From an uncultured Clostridia bacterium (lineage in GTDB: Bacteria > Bacillota > Clostridia > Oscillospirales > Acutalibacteraceae), in assembly GCA_946407465.1 (NCBI GenBank), contig CAMJOD010000001.1, positions 1 to 53,122 on the forward strand: 53,122 nucleotides of DNA, read 5' to 3'. Each line of letters starts with the position of its first letter. Position 1 is the stretch's first letter. Positions 25,080 to 33,557 of this stretch are shown here, in pieces. The notes below the pieces were generated by a model that did no database searches, was not told the origin of the DNA, and was given only the letters and a program-made list of their open reading frames with translations. Position numbers and translations under genes: made by a program.

Positions 25080-26726
25080 ATGGCGAACGAAAACTTCCTT
25101 GACCTTGAGCGCTTCCGTATTCCCTGCGGCGCTGTCAAGCGGCTGGGCATCTTTGCGGATGAGAGCTTGGGCGCCAGCCCCAACCGCCTGATTGGCTACA
25201 CGGATTATATTGACGTTTTTCGCAGTCTGGTGCCGCTTGCCGCGTTTGACGACAGCGGCGATATAAGCGACTGGGATGATTTTAACGAGATTTTTCCCGA
25301 CACCTCCTTTGGCGGACAGACGACCGGAGCAGCTGTTCTGCTTTCGGGCAAGGGCGGCTGCGGCAGACATACGGCGGACAAAACGCTGATGAGCACCGCG
25401 GTTTCCTGTGTGGAAAACGCCGCTTCCGACAGGGATGACGGAGACGATATGTTCGCTTTTATGGACGAGCCGGATCCGGAAGATTTTCTCCATATCTACC
25501 AAATCGACCTGCGCGCCTTTGCGGCGTTCACGGAGCGCGCGCTTGCCCGAGCTGTTGACGACTTGTTTGACGGGCTGACACAGACCGCCGTTTCGTCGCC
25601 GAAGGTGATTCACTACTATTCGCTGGGCAACGTGACGGCGCTGTTGAAGAGCGAAAAGCTCGCGCCGCGCTTTTTGTACCGCGTGGAGCAGCTCAAAAGC
25701 AACGCCTATGCGCACTGCATTGTGACCTGTATCTTTGACGGAGACGCGAGCACGCTGCCCGAGAAGAAAAAAACACCCTTTTTTGTCCTGAATTTTGACC
25801 TGCCGAATGCGTCGGCACGCACCGAGTATTTCAGCTATCTCTGCGACCGCTACCTGAACATTCAGATTGATTATACCGCCGCAGAGCTGGCGGAAAAGAC
25901 GAAGGGCTTCACCTTTGCCATGATCAAAAAGCTCGGCGCTCACATGATGATGGCGGTCAAAAACGAGATTATCGAAAAGGGACTGAACCCCAAAAATTAC
26001 GTTCATCAGGCGACCATCAACAAGCTGGAGGTGCTGATCGTCGATAAAAAGAAAATCGACGCGCTCCTAAAGCAAATCGGCGGCACAAAATATGTCGCGC
26101 CGGTCTCGCAGGACAGACAGGTGGTCATACAGCCGGTGTCCGGCGGCTACAGCGGCACACCCGTCAGCGGAGGCAGCGGCACGCAGCCGCCGCAGCAGCC
26201 ATCCGGACAGAGCGAAACGCCTGACCGCGAGCTGAGCCATGAGGAGCTTGCAAAAGAAATGGTCAAAAACATCGACAAGCCGGATGATATAACCAAGCTG
26301 CGCGACGGCATGCTGGTGCCGACCGGCTACGGTCCCGCTATTCTGATGAATCACGGCACGGTATTTCCCGATAAATTCCGTGAAAAAGACATTTCGCTGC
26401 CGCAGTTTTTGCGCCGCTGCCGCGAGCTGGGCTATCTGTCGCTGGACAATATCAAAACCGCGTCCGTCGATCCGCGCACCGGCGAGGTGGAGCTGTTCCC
26501 GATCGACGAAAAAGCGCTGCAGCCGACCGCCGACGTGCCCGACGGCATGCTGTTCGGCGAAGTCATCATGGAGGGACAGGTCTTGGAGGCAAATCTCCAA
26601 AGCCTCGGTCACGACGCCGACTGGCTTGGCTATCAGCTGCGCCGGAAGAATATCGGGTCACCCAAGGAAATCTTCCTCGCCGTGTGCAAGTCCGACGGCG
26701 AGCCGGTGCTCTATGCCTATCAATAA
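25080..26726 (+). CDS. Degenerate AAA-like domain fused to DUF421/YetF C-terminal domain
   Basis: Altered Walker A LSGKGGCGRHT; AAA lid pattern FDLPNASAR...LAEKTKGFTFAMI; C-terminal GPAILMNHG...VIMEGQVL...WLGYQL matches DUF421. Confidence 0.7.
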   Translation: MANENFLDLERFRIPCGAVKRLGIFADESLGASPNRLIGYTDYIDVFRSLVPLAAFDDSGDISDWDDFNEIFPDTSFGGQTTGAAVLLSGKGGCGRHTADKTLMSTAVSCVENAASDRDDGDDMFAFMDEPDPEDFLHIYQIDLRAFAAFTERALARAVDDLFDGLTQTAVSSPKVIHYYSLGNVTALLKSEKLAPRFLYRVEQLKSNAYAHCIVTCIFDGDASTLPEKKKTPFFVLNFDLPNASARTEYFSYLCDRYLNIQIDYTAAELAEKTKGFTFAMIKKLGAHMMMAVKNEIIEKGLNPKNYVHQATINKLEVLIVDKKKIDALLKQIGGTKYVAPVSQDRQVVIQPVSGGYSGTPVSGGSGTQPPQQPSGQSETPDRELSHEELAKEMVKNIDKPDDITKLRDGMLVPTGYGPAILMNHGTVFPDKFREKDISLPQFLRRCRELGYLSLDNIKTASVDPRTGEVELFPIDEKALQPTADVPDGMLFGEVIMEGQVLEANLQSLGHDADWLGYQLRRKNIGSPKEIFLAVCKSDGEPVLYAYQ

Positions 26727-26740
26727 TTCCATATTCTTCA

Positions 26741-26780
26741 AAAAAGCGGAACACAGCCCTGTGTGGGTTGTGTTCCGCTT
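26741..26780. terminator. Terminator at the end of the accessory locus, between convergent genes
   Basis: AAGCGGAACACAGCCC...GGGTTGTGTTCCGCTT stem-loop; the A-run before it gives a minus-strand U-tract. Confidence 0.8.
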
Positions 26781-26807
26781 AAAAAATGCTGTTTTTTATA
26801 CGTTGTC

Positions 26808-27254
26808 TCAAATATTGCTGTGGATATAATACAGTACGCAGGAATCCGTATCAAAGAAATACACGGAATAATTGTCATATTTTCCGTAAAAGCTGTCGCC
26901 GATGGGCTTGCCTTCCTTGGTTTCAATCAGCACATAATCGCCCTCGGAGATGCTGTCGGGATTGAAATCATATGCATTGGCTACATCTGTAGCTGCCGAC
27001 GACCGAAAATGCGCAAAGTAATTGCTGATGGCGGCAATATCCGCTTTTGAAACACGGTTGTATCGCGCGTCATTTTCAACCGCCGATTTGTCCTGATAGT
27101 AATACTTGCAATAGTCCGTATAGTCTTGAAAGCTCTCTGTGTCAAAGTGCTCTTCCGCGTTGATATATCCTTTCGGCACCCTTTGACCGAATGTACATGC
27201 GGTCAGAATGAGGGTCATCATAAAGACGAGAATAAAAGTTATTATTCGTTTCAT
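26808..27254 (-). CDS. Hypothetical lipoprotein
   Basis: MKRII..., hydrophobic core, LTAC lipobox; AT-rich. Confidence 0.75.
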   Translation of the reverse strand: MKRIITFILVFMMTLILTACTFGQRVPKGYINAEEHFDTESFQDYTDYCKYYYQDKSAVENDARYNRVSKADIAAISNYFAHFRSSAATDVANAYDFNPDSISEGDYVLIETKEGKPIGDSFYGKYDNYSVYFFDTDSCVLYYIHSNI

Positions 27255-27297
27255 ATTCCGATCCTTTCAAGTTTTTTTATACGGCGAAAAGCCCGCT

Positions 27298-27819
27298 TTA
27301 CTCACACGAGCCGTAAATCTGCCGAAAAACATCATCAGGTACATTTTCGGAAAAGAACAGCTTGTAGGTGTAGCCTCCCTTTATTTCCTGATCAGAGAAC
27401 GGCTGCGGATTGAACTCGAGGTATTTCAATTGCTTTTCTTCCGTGTTCGCCGAAATCAAATCGACGCCGCATGCCGTGCCGACAGCGGGACCTATCTCGC
27501 TGTGCTTTGACGCGATACCCTGAAAAGAATCGGAGTAAGCGTTTTTTTCGACCGTTTGCTTATCAAAGAGGTCATCTGCCGGTTCGACGTGACTTTGAAA
27601 AGCCATGACCGTTTTTGCTCCGTTTTCATTGGTTGTATAAAAATAGAGCAAGCCGTTTTCCGTCGTTGCGGCTTCCCAGTCTTGGGGATAAGAAAAGGAA
27701 TGTTCGTTTGGAAAAACATAGCTTTTCCAATTCGCGTAATCATATTTTTGGTTGGCACAACCGGCGCACAGCAAGAGGGCGGTCAATGCGAGTAATAAAG
27801 CTACTAAAATTTTTTTCAT
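27298..27819 (-). CDS. Hypothetical lipoprotein
   Basis: MKKIL..., CAGC lipobox, AAGGAG RBS; AT-rich. Confidence 0.75.
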   Translation of the reverse strand: MKKILVALLLALTALLLCAGCANQKYDYANWKSYVFPNEHSFSYPQDWEAATTENGLLYFYTTNENGAKTVMAFQSHVEPADDLFDKQTVEKNAYSDSFQGIASKHSEIGPAVGTACGVDLISANTEEKQLKYLEFNPQPFSDQEIKGGYTYKLFFSENVPDDVFRQIYGSCE

Positions 27820-27851
27820 GTTAATGTCTCCTTGCTGCCGCTTTTGGCAGC

Positions 27852-28226
27852 TTACATCTGATAGCGCGCGATCAACTGTCCGATTTGCAGGATATTGCTC
27901 TTGCCTGCAAACTCAAAGCGCACCTTGCCCAAGCCGCTGAACCACAGCTCCAGCTCGCTGTCAATATCGCCCACACCGGCGGTCTCCACCGAATAGGCGG
28001 ACAGCTTGGCGTAGGGGAGAGAGCTGTAGTCACGCTTTTTGCCGGTCACGCCCTGCACGTTCACGGCAATCGCGCGTTTGTCGGTAAATATCACGCAGTC
28101 GCGTACGCTTTTGTAGGCGGAAATCACCTGTTCGCCGTCAATGAGCAGCGGCTCGACCAGCGGCATCACGCTCTGTGTGTCGGTTTGCTTCAGCTTAAAT
28201 ACACTGCCGTTTTGAAAATCAATCAT
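27852..28226 (-). CDS. Bacterial PH-domain protein (bPH_1)
   Basis: RDCVIFTDKRAIAVNVQGVTGKKRDYSSLPY...SVETAG..DIDSELELW. Confidence 0.88.
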   Translation of the reverse strand: MIDFQNGSVFKLKQTDTQSVMPLVEPLLIDGEQVISAYKSVRDCVIFTDKRAIAVNVQGVTGKKRDYSSLPYAKLSAYSVETAGVGDIDSELELWFSGLGKVRFEFAGKSNILQIGQLIARYQM

Positions 28227-28356
28227 CGTTTTGGCTCCTTACCGTTTTGTTGGCTTCATTATACACAATTTGCACAGCAGATTCAAGCGGTTTCTGCTTT
28301 ATTTCCTTCGACATCTTTCGCCAAAGCACCGTCCGTTGCCGGAGGATAGAGCGCGT

Positions 28357-30327
28357 TTAGGGAACATAGCTGCCGTCATAGTCCGTTGCGCCTCCATAGT
28401 AATTATTAAGATCATAGTAATACGTTTCCGTATTCGCCTTGCCGTTCTTTGTCACGCCGATCTCCTCCAGCACCCTGCGCGTCCGCGTGTATTCCTTGGG
28501 AACAATGATGTCGATGCCCTGAGCGCCGTTCAGAGCAATTGCCGATTCGGAGGGCATCATCAGCGCAAACGCCGTGACGCTGCTGTGCGGAACGGTCTGC
28601 CTGAGGTAGATAGTCATCTGATAACCGTCTCCGCTAAAATCATTGGAAAAGCCGTGCTCCTTAGCATCTGCCTGAATTGCCTGCAGCAGCTTTTGGGGTT
28701 GATCGCCGTTGGACGGAACATTTTTTACGCTATATGGGATGCCGCCAATGTTGATGTAGGTAGACTCCACGTCCTCGATCCCGATTTGCAGAATGCCGCT
28801 GTACTTTTTGATATAGCCGGCGCTGTTCGTGATGGGGCTCATGTAGTTGGCGGCAAAATAATCCGAGTAGTTGACGACGGAGTCGCTCTCGTCGTAATAC
28901 ATGATGCTGTCCATTATCCACATGTCATCAAAAGCACGCGTCACCACGGAGCCGTCGTTCAGGGTATAGGCAAACAACTCGCTGCTGTTCGGATATGCGC
29001 CGGTCAGCACGGTTGCCACATGATACAGCGAGCCGGAGATGACATGCCGGAACTTTGCGCGGCTGCTTGCTTTGTCAAAATAGCCGACAAGCCTTTTGTG
29101 TTGATCCCAAATCAAGTCGATGTCGTCGGGGTCGTCAAAATCCGCGGCGGCGCCACGTGCCGTCTGCGATATGCCGTCCAAAAGAACGGCGTTATACCCC
29201 ACGTAGCCGGCGCTTTTGACGTCCTCGCGCGCCGGAAGATAGCTGTTGTAGGCAGGCGAAGCAAAGACGCACACAGCAGCAAAGCCGACCGCCGCCGCCG
29301 AGACCGCGCCATAGGCGATCAGGCTGCGCAGAATATGTGTAAAACCATGAAACAAAATGACGTGCGCAATGATGAACGCCGTGCCGCCGCCGAGCACAAA
29401 GCCGAACGCGAAGCTGCCGAGCGAGCCGTCGAGCACGCCGGTAGAGCTGAAGATCACACCGGTCATCATGCCGGCGATAAAGGTCACCAGCACCTCCACA
29501 GCGTAGCAGGGCAGACGGTAGGCAAAGCTCGTCTGCGCACGTTCCGCCTTTCTGCGCCGCAGCAGGAGCACGCTCAGCACAAAGCAGCCGAGGGTGAACA
29601 GGAGCCAGTAGACCGCGTTCACGCCGTCATATGCCGCCATGGGATTGAGTGCGTCCGTAATGAAGCTGTGGCTTGTCCGCTCAAACGGCGCCGCGTAGAA
29701 GAACGCCTTTATCATACCCTTGACAAACGCAGCCGAAAAGGGATAGCAAAAGCTGATGCCCAAAAAGCTGAGCACCGTGTTGACGGAGCTGCCGCAGCAG
29801 ACCGCCAGCAGTCCGTAGAACGCGATACAGGCGATTGAGCCGAGCGGAATGCCGAGAAACAGCCGCAATATTTCGCTGTTCACCGTTTCGCCGGAGCAGG
29901 CGGTGATGATACAGATGATGCCGATAAACACCAGCGCAGGTACCACTGCCGCCGCGAACGCCGCCAGCGCCTTGGCGACAAACAGCACGCCCGACTTGAC
30001 GGGCAGCGGATTGATCCAGTCCGCCTTGCGCTTGCTGTGCAGATAAGAAAACACGCGCAGTGTGTAGACAATCGTAAAAACACAGGTGAGGAAGAACACC
30101 GCCAGCGCCGCGTAGGTCGAAAAGCTCTGGATTGCGTTGACCCTGTCCACCTGATAAAAGCGGTTGACAGAGCGTGCGTTCATCGCCGTCAGCGCGAATA
30201 CTGTCGTGCCGAAAAACACTGCCAGTACCGCAAACAGGATCAGCGGCGTGCGGCTTTTTTTGAGCTGATAGAAAAAGATCGTTGCGCCTTGGCGCAGGTC
30301 TTGCTTAACAGATGTGGTTCGCGTCAT
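28357..30327 (-). CDS. ABC transporter permease with large C-terminal soluble domain
   Basis: Multiple TM segments, FSYLHSKRKAD...LPV motif; overlaps the ATPase gene; start taken at MTRTT. Confidence 0.8.
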   Translation of the reverse strand: MTRTTSVKQDLRQGATIFFYQLKKSRTPLILFAVLAVFFGTTVFALTAMNARSVNRFYQVDRVNAIQSFSTYAALAVFFLTCVFTIVYTLRVFSYLHSKRKADWINPLPVKSGVLFVAKALAAFAAAVVPALVFIGIICIITACSGETVNSEILRLFLGIPLGSIACIAFYGLLAVCCGSSVNTVLSFLGISFCYPFSAAFVKGMIKAFFYAAPFERTSHSFITDALNPMAAYDGVNAVYWLLFTLGCFVLSVLLLRRRKAERAQTSFAYRLPCYAVEVLVTFIAGMMTGVIFSSTGVLDGSLGSFAFGFVLGGGTAFIIAHVILFHGFTHILRSLIAYGAVSAAAVGFAAVCVFASPAYNSYLPAREDVKSAGYVGYNAVLLDGISQTARGAAADFDDPDDIDLIWDQHKRLVGYFDKASSRAKFRHVISGSLYHVATVLTGAYPNSSELFAYTLNDGSVVTRAFDDMWIMDSIMYYDESDSVVNYSDYFAANYMSPITNSAGYIKKYSGILQIGIEDVESTYINIGGIPYSVKNVPSNGDQPQKLLQAIQADAKEHGFSNDFSGDGYQMTIYLRQTVPHSSVTAFALMMPSESAIALNGAQGIDIIVPKEYTRTRRVLEEIGVTKNGKANTETYYYDLNNYYGGATDYDGSYVP

Positions 30328-31201
30328 AACCGGCTGCCTCCATTTCACTGATAAATACTTCCTCCAGCGTCAGCGGCATGGCGGAGATGAACGCAGGCTG
30401 CAAGGCCTCCAGCTGCGGCATAAAGTCCTCCTCCTTGCCCTTTAGCGTGAGGTTAAACACGTTGCCGCTGCGCCATACGCCGACGACAGGTACATTGTCA
30501 AATATCGCGTCCTCCTGCGGCTCTGAAAAGCCGATTTGCACCTTGCGGTAGTTTTCGCGCAGCGAGTCGATGTCGCGCTCCACCACCACCTTGCCCCGGT
30601 GCAGCAGACAGATGTTGTCGCACAAATCCTCCAGCTCGCGCAGGTTGTGCGAGGCAATCACCACGGTCAATTGCTGTGCGTCCACACGCTCAGCGAGCAG
30701 GCGCTTGAGCACCAGACGCACCACCGCGTCCAAGCCGTCAAAGATTTCGTCGAGAAACAGATATTTCGGGCAGGTGCTCAGCGCGATGATCAGCGCCGCC
30801 TGCCGCTGCATGCCCTTGGACATGTTCAAAATTTTTTGCTTGCGGTCGATCGGGAACATCGCGCAGCAGCGCTCAAATTCCTCCTCGCTCCAATGCGGAT
30901 AGAGCCTGCGGTACAGCGCCGCGGTATTGCTGAGGGTGCTGTCGCTGTAGAAAAACGGATAGTCGCTCACAAAATAGCAGTCGCCCTTGATTTTCGGATT
31001 GTCAAAGGGGCGTTCACCGTCGATCAGCACGCTGCCGCTGTCGGGGCGAAACACGCCTGCCAAAATGCGCAAAAGCGTCGATTTGCCGCCGCCGTTGCTG
31101 CCGATCAAGCCCGTGACCGAGCCGTTTTGCACGGTCAAATCGAGCGCGTCGAGCGCTGTTATCTTGTCAAATTTCTTTGTCAGTCCGCTGATTTCAATCA
31201 T
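30305..31201 (-). CDS. ABC transporter ATP-binding protein (YtrB-like)
   Basis: GSNGGGKST, MSKGM, LFLDE, SHNL. Confidence 0.93.
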   Translation of the reverse strand: MIEISGLTKKFDKITALDALDLTVQNGSVTGLIGSNGGGKSTLLRILAGVFRPDSGSVLIDGERPFDNPKIKGDCYFVSDYPFFYSDSTLSNTAALYRRLYPHWSEEEFERCCAMFPIDRKQKILNMSKGMQRQAALIIALSTCPKYLFLDEIFDGLDAVVRLVLKRLLAERVDAQQLTVVIASHNLRELEDLCDNICLLHRGKVVVERDIDSLRENYRKVQIGFSEPQEDAIFDNVPVVGVWRSGNVFNLTLKGKEEDFMPQLEALQPAFISAMPLTLEEVFISEMEAAGYDANHIC

Positions 31202-31574
31202 GCTGCCTGCCTCCTTCATAAATGCTGTCGATAATCTGCTTGAGCTGTGCGGAGCTCAGGCGCTCCTTGTATGCCTGCTGCACGGCGCTGCGAAAGCTCT
31301 GCAATGCCGCCATCTGCGGCACCGTCACGTCCTCCTCGGCACGTTCCGAGACAAAGCTGCCCTTGCCGTATATCGAATAGATAAAACCGCGCGTTTCCAG
31401 CTCGCGGTATGCCTTGGCGACCGTGTTGGGGTTGATGCCCAGCTCCACGGCGAGCGAGCGCACCGAGGGCAGGCGGTCGTGCGGCTTGAGTACGCCCGAG
31501 TCCCTCAGCCGTGTCACATTGTGAATCAGCTGTTCATAAATCGGGACGCCCGAAGCGGTATTGATCTGAAACAT
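31194..31574 (-). CDS. GntR family regulator (YtrA subfamily)
   Basis: PIYEQL...LPSVRSLAVELGINPNTVAKAYRELE...GKGSFV; 126 aa, upstream of ABC genes. Confidence 0.93.
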   Translation of the reverse strand: MFQINTASGVPIYEQLIHNVTRLRDSGVLKPHDRLPSVRSLAVELGINPNTVAKAYRELETRGFIYSIYGKGSFVSERAEEDVTVPQMAALQSFRSAVQQAYKERLSSAQLKQIIDSIYEGGRQHD

Positions 31575-31587
31575 GCCACCACTCCTT

Positions 31588-31902
31588 TCAGTGAAATAGT
31601 TCGTTTAGCTTGTACAGGATGGTCTCCCACAATAAAATCGCCGACGGCGCCAAAGAAACGGCATTCAGCACGAATCCCCAAACGCTCAGTTTTTTATACT
31701 TCGTGCGGTGCTTTTGCGCGAGCACGCCCAGCACCAAGCCCGGCACTGCCCACAGGCAGCTTGCCAATACCGTTGTACCGATGATGGGAATACCGTCCTT
31801 GGTATTGAACAAGCCGGAGAAGGAAAAAACAAGGAACAGAACCGGCAGTATCAAGCCGGTGACAAAGGATATGACCGAAAAAACGGACGCGGTTTTCTGC
31901 AT
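31588..31902 (-). CDS. Small membrane protein, first gene of the GntR-ABC operon
   Basis: Three hydrophobic segments; GGAGG RBS before MQKTA. Confidence 0.65.
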   Translation of the reverse strand: MQKTASVFSVISFVTGLILPVLFLVFSFSGLFNTKDGIPIIGTTVLASCLWAVPGLVLGVLAQKHRTKYKKLSVWGFVLNAVSLAPSAILLWETILYKLNELFH

Positions 31903-31919
31903 AGGGGAGCCTCCCTGTT

Positions 31920-31965
31920 GTGTATAGTACACTATAATAGTACACCGTAGTACACAACTTGTCAA
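31920..31965 (-). promoter_or_regulatory. Sigma-A promoter overlapped by YtrA-type operator repeats
   Basis: Minus strand TTGACA-17 nt-TACTAT; three TAGTACAC copies at 31925, 31938 and 31948. Confidence 0.7.
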
Positions 31966-32053
31966 TAGCTTTTTCCGGTTTTTGAAAAAAATACACAGGA
32001 GCACACCAAAAATCAGTGTACTCCCGTGCATAAAGAATTGGATATAGGTGAAA

Positions 32054-32623
32054 TCAACTTTTTCTCACCGGCGCCAGCGCTTTGTTGACGCCCAGCGCAA
32101 ACAGCGATGCAACCACGCATTTGATGAGATCAATCGGAATAAACGTCGCGGCAACCAGCATAAACGCTGTGCCGAAATCTCTGCCCGTGGCAAACATAAA
32201 GCCGAGAATACCCGGCAGATAGATGCACGGAATACCGATAACAACCGATGCCGCCAGATAGCGCACAATTGTCCACTTGCCGTTATCCTTGCCCTTGGCG
32301 AGACTCACAAAAAAGCTAGCCAGAATAAAGCCGATAATAAAACCGCCGGTGGGGCCTGCAATCACGCCGAAGCCGCTTTGATAGTTAGAAAAAACTGGCA
32401 GTCCGACAATGCCCAGAAGCGTGTAGATGACCTGTGCCGTCAGCGCCTGGAGCGGTTTGAGAACCAGCGCGGTCAGCAGGACGATGAGCACCTGCAGCGT
32501 GAAGCCGATGCCAAACGGCGTGGGAACCGACAGCGGCGAGAGCACACAGAGCAGCGCCGCGCAAACGGCGATTTCGCACATCGAAACGGTGGTTTGTCTG
32601 ATATTAATTTTTGAGTTTTGCAT
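32054..32623 (-). CDS. bioY: Biotin ECF transporter S-component BioY
   Basis: FTLQV, YTLLGIVGLPVFS, GPTGGFIIGF, FIPIDLIK. Confidence 0.93.
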   Translation of the reverse strand: MQNSKINIRQTTVSMCEIAVCAALLCVLSPLSVPTPFGIGFTLQVLIVLLTALVLKPLQALTAQVIYTLLGIVGLPVFSNYQSGFGVIAGPTGGFIIGFILASFFVSLAKGKDNGKWTIVRYLAASVVIGIPCIYLPGILGFMFATGRDFGTAFMLVAATFIPIDLIKCVVASLFALGVNKALAPVRKS

Positions 32624-32707
32624 AATGTCAACCTTTCTTCTTGATTCAGTTGACATTATAACACCTGCACACGCAATTGTCAACCATTTATAAAAATCGG
32701 TTGACAA
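32624..32707. promoter_or_regulatory. Two tandem BirA-type operator palindromes
   Basis: AATGTCAAC-N16-GTTGACATT (32624-32657) and TTGTCAACC-N13-GGTTGACAA (32677-32707) upstream of bioY. Confidence 0.8.
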
Positions 32708-32766
32708 CAAAGTGGTTGAAATCTTTCTCCGTTCATGCTATAATAATAAGAGGAAAGAGGGATATA

Positions 32767-33144
32767 ATGAAAAAATGTGACTATTGCGCCAAAGAAATAT
32801 CTAATTTTGAACAGTATTGCTGCGAGGAATGTGAGCAAAACACGGTGCGCTTTTACCGCGGAAGCGAGCGCTATTCCAAAATATTCTTGATTATCAACAC
32901 CGTCTGCGTGTTCGGTATTCCGGTCGGACTGTTTTTCGCGGCGTTCAATCCGCCTGTCGGCGTCACCGTCGCCACGCTGTCCTGCTTTGTTTTGGGCGCG
33001 ATGCTGATTCTGCTGCCTTTTCCGACCGAGGGCATGATCAAAAAGCACAAGCTCAAAAAGGCAATCAAAATCAGCCGCATCTTTGGCTGCGCCGTTATCG
33101 GCATGGGCATTTTGATTATCGGCTTGCTGTTCGTTTTAAAATAA
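32767..33144 (+). CDS. Zn-finger membrane protein
   Basis: MKKCDYC...YCCEEC followed by three TM helices; GAGG RBS. Confidence 0.75.
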   Translation: MKKCDYCAKEISNFEQYCCEECEQNTVRFYRGSERYSKIFLIINTVCVFGIPVGLFFAAFNPPVGVTVATLSCFVLGAMLILLPFPTEGMIKKHKLKKAIKISRIFGCAVIGMGILIIGLLFVLK

Positions 33145-33149
33145 AAACT

Positions 33150-33178
33150 GCATAATTCAAAAAAATCCGTCAACACTA
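33150..33178 (+). promoter_or_regulatory. Possible forespore (sigG/F-type) promoter
   Basis: GCATA-17 nt-AACACTA upstream of a DUF378 (YuzA-like) gene. Confidence 0.4.
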
Positions 33179-33207
33179 TTATCATCATTCTGTAAGGAGG
33201 CTTAGGA

Positions 33208-33435
33208 ATGTTAGATAAAATAGCGTTGACGCTTTTGATTATCGGCGGTCTGAACTGGGGCAGCATCGGCATTTTTCAATTCGATTTGGTTGCCTTTATC
33301 GGCGGCGGTCAAAACGGCGTCATCAGCCGTATCATCTATATTGTTGTCGCGCTGGCGGCAATCTGGTGCATTTCGCTCCTGTTCCGCGACACCGACGACA
33401 CCGTCGTGAAGGACAGAAACCTAGTTAATTCTTAA
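33208..33435 (+). CDS. DUF378 (YuzA-like) membrane protein
   Basis: LLIIGGLNWG.IG.FQFDLVA...SRIIYIVV.LA. Confidence 0.9.
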   Translation: MLDKIALTLLIIGGLNWGSIGIFQFDLVAFIGGGQNGVISRIIYIVVALAAIWCISLLFRDTDDTVVKDRNLVNS

Positions 33436-33474
33436 TGCGTAATGCGTAATGCGTAATTAGTTGATAGGAAAATA

Positions 33475-33511
33475 AAAAGCAGGGACGTGAGGTGAATCGC
33501 GTCCCTGTTTT
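33475..33511. terminator. Bidirectional terminator
   Basis: AAAAGCAGGGACG...CGTCCCTGTTTT between convergent genes. Confidence 0.75.
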
Positions 33512-33557
33512 ATATCTTGATTTGATTGAGCGATAATTAAGAATTATGCATTACAAA

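Noticed and set aside
13801-26006. Other long minus-strand ORFs (13801-15123, 17397-19346, 22968-24233, 24513-26006)
   Set aside because: Antisense to motif-bearing plus-strand genes; expected from GC-biased codon usage.
6400-26800. Prophage or ICE origin of the island
   Set aside because: No integrase, relaxase, phage structural genes, tRNA target or flanking direct repeats seen.
28231-29838. 535-aa plus-strand ORF
   Set aside because: Antisense to the ABC permease.
33433-33457. TAATGCG x3 (and AACTCTC-type 7-mers at about 46346-46370)
   Set aside because: Short simple intergenic heptamer repeats with no supportable function.
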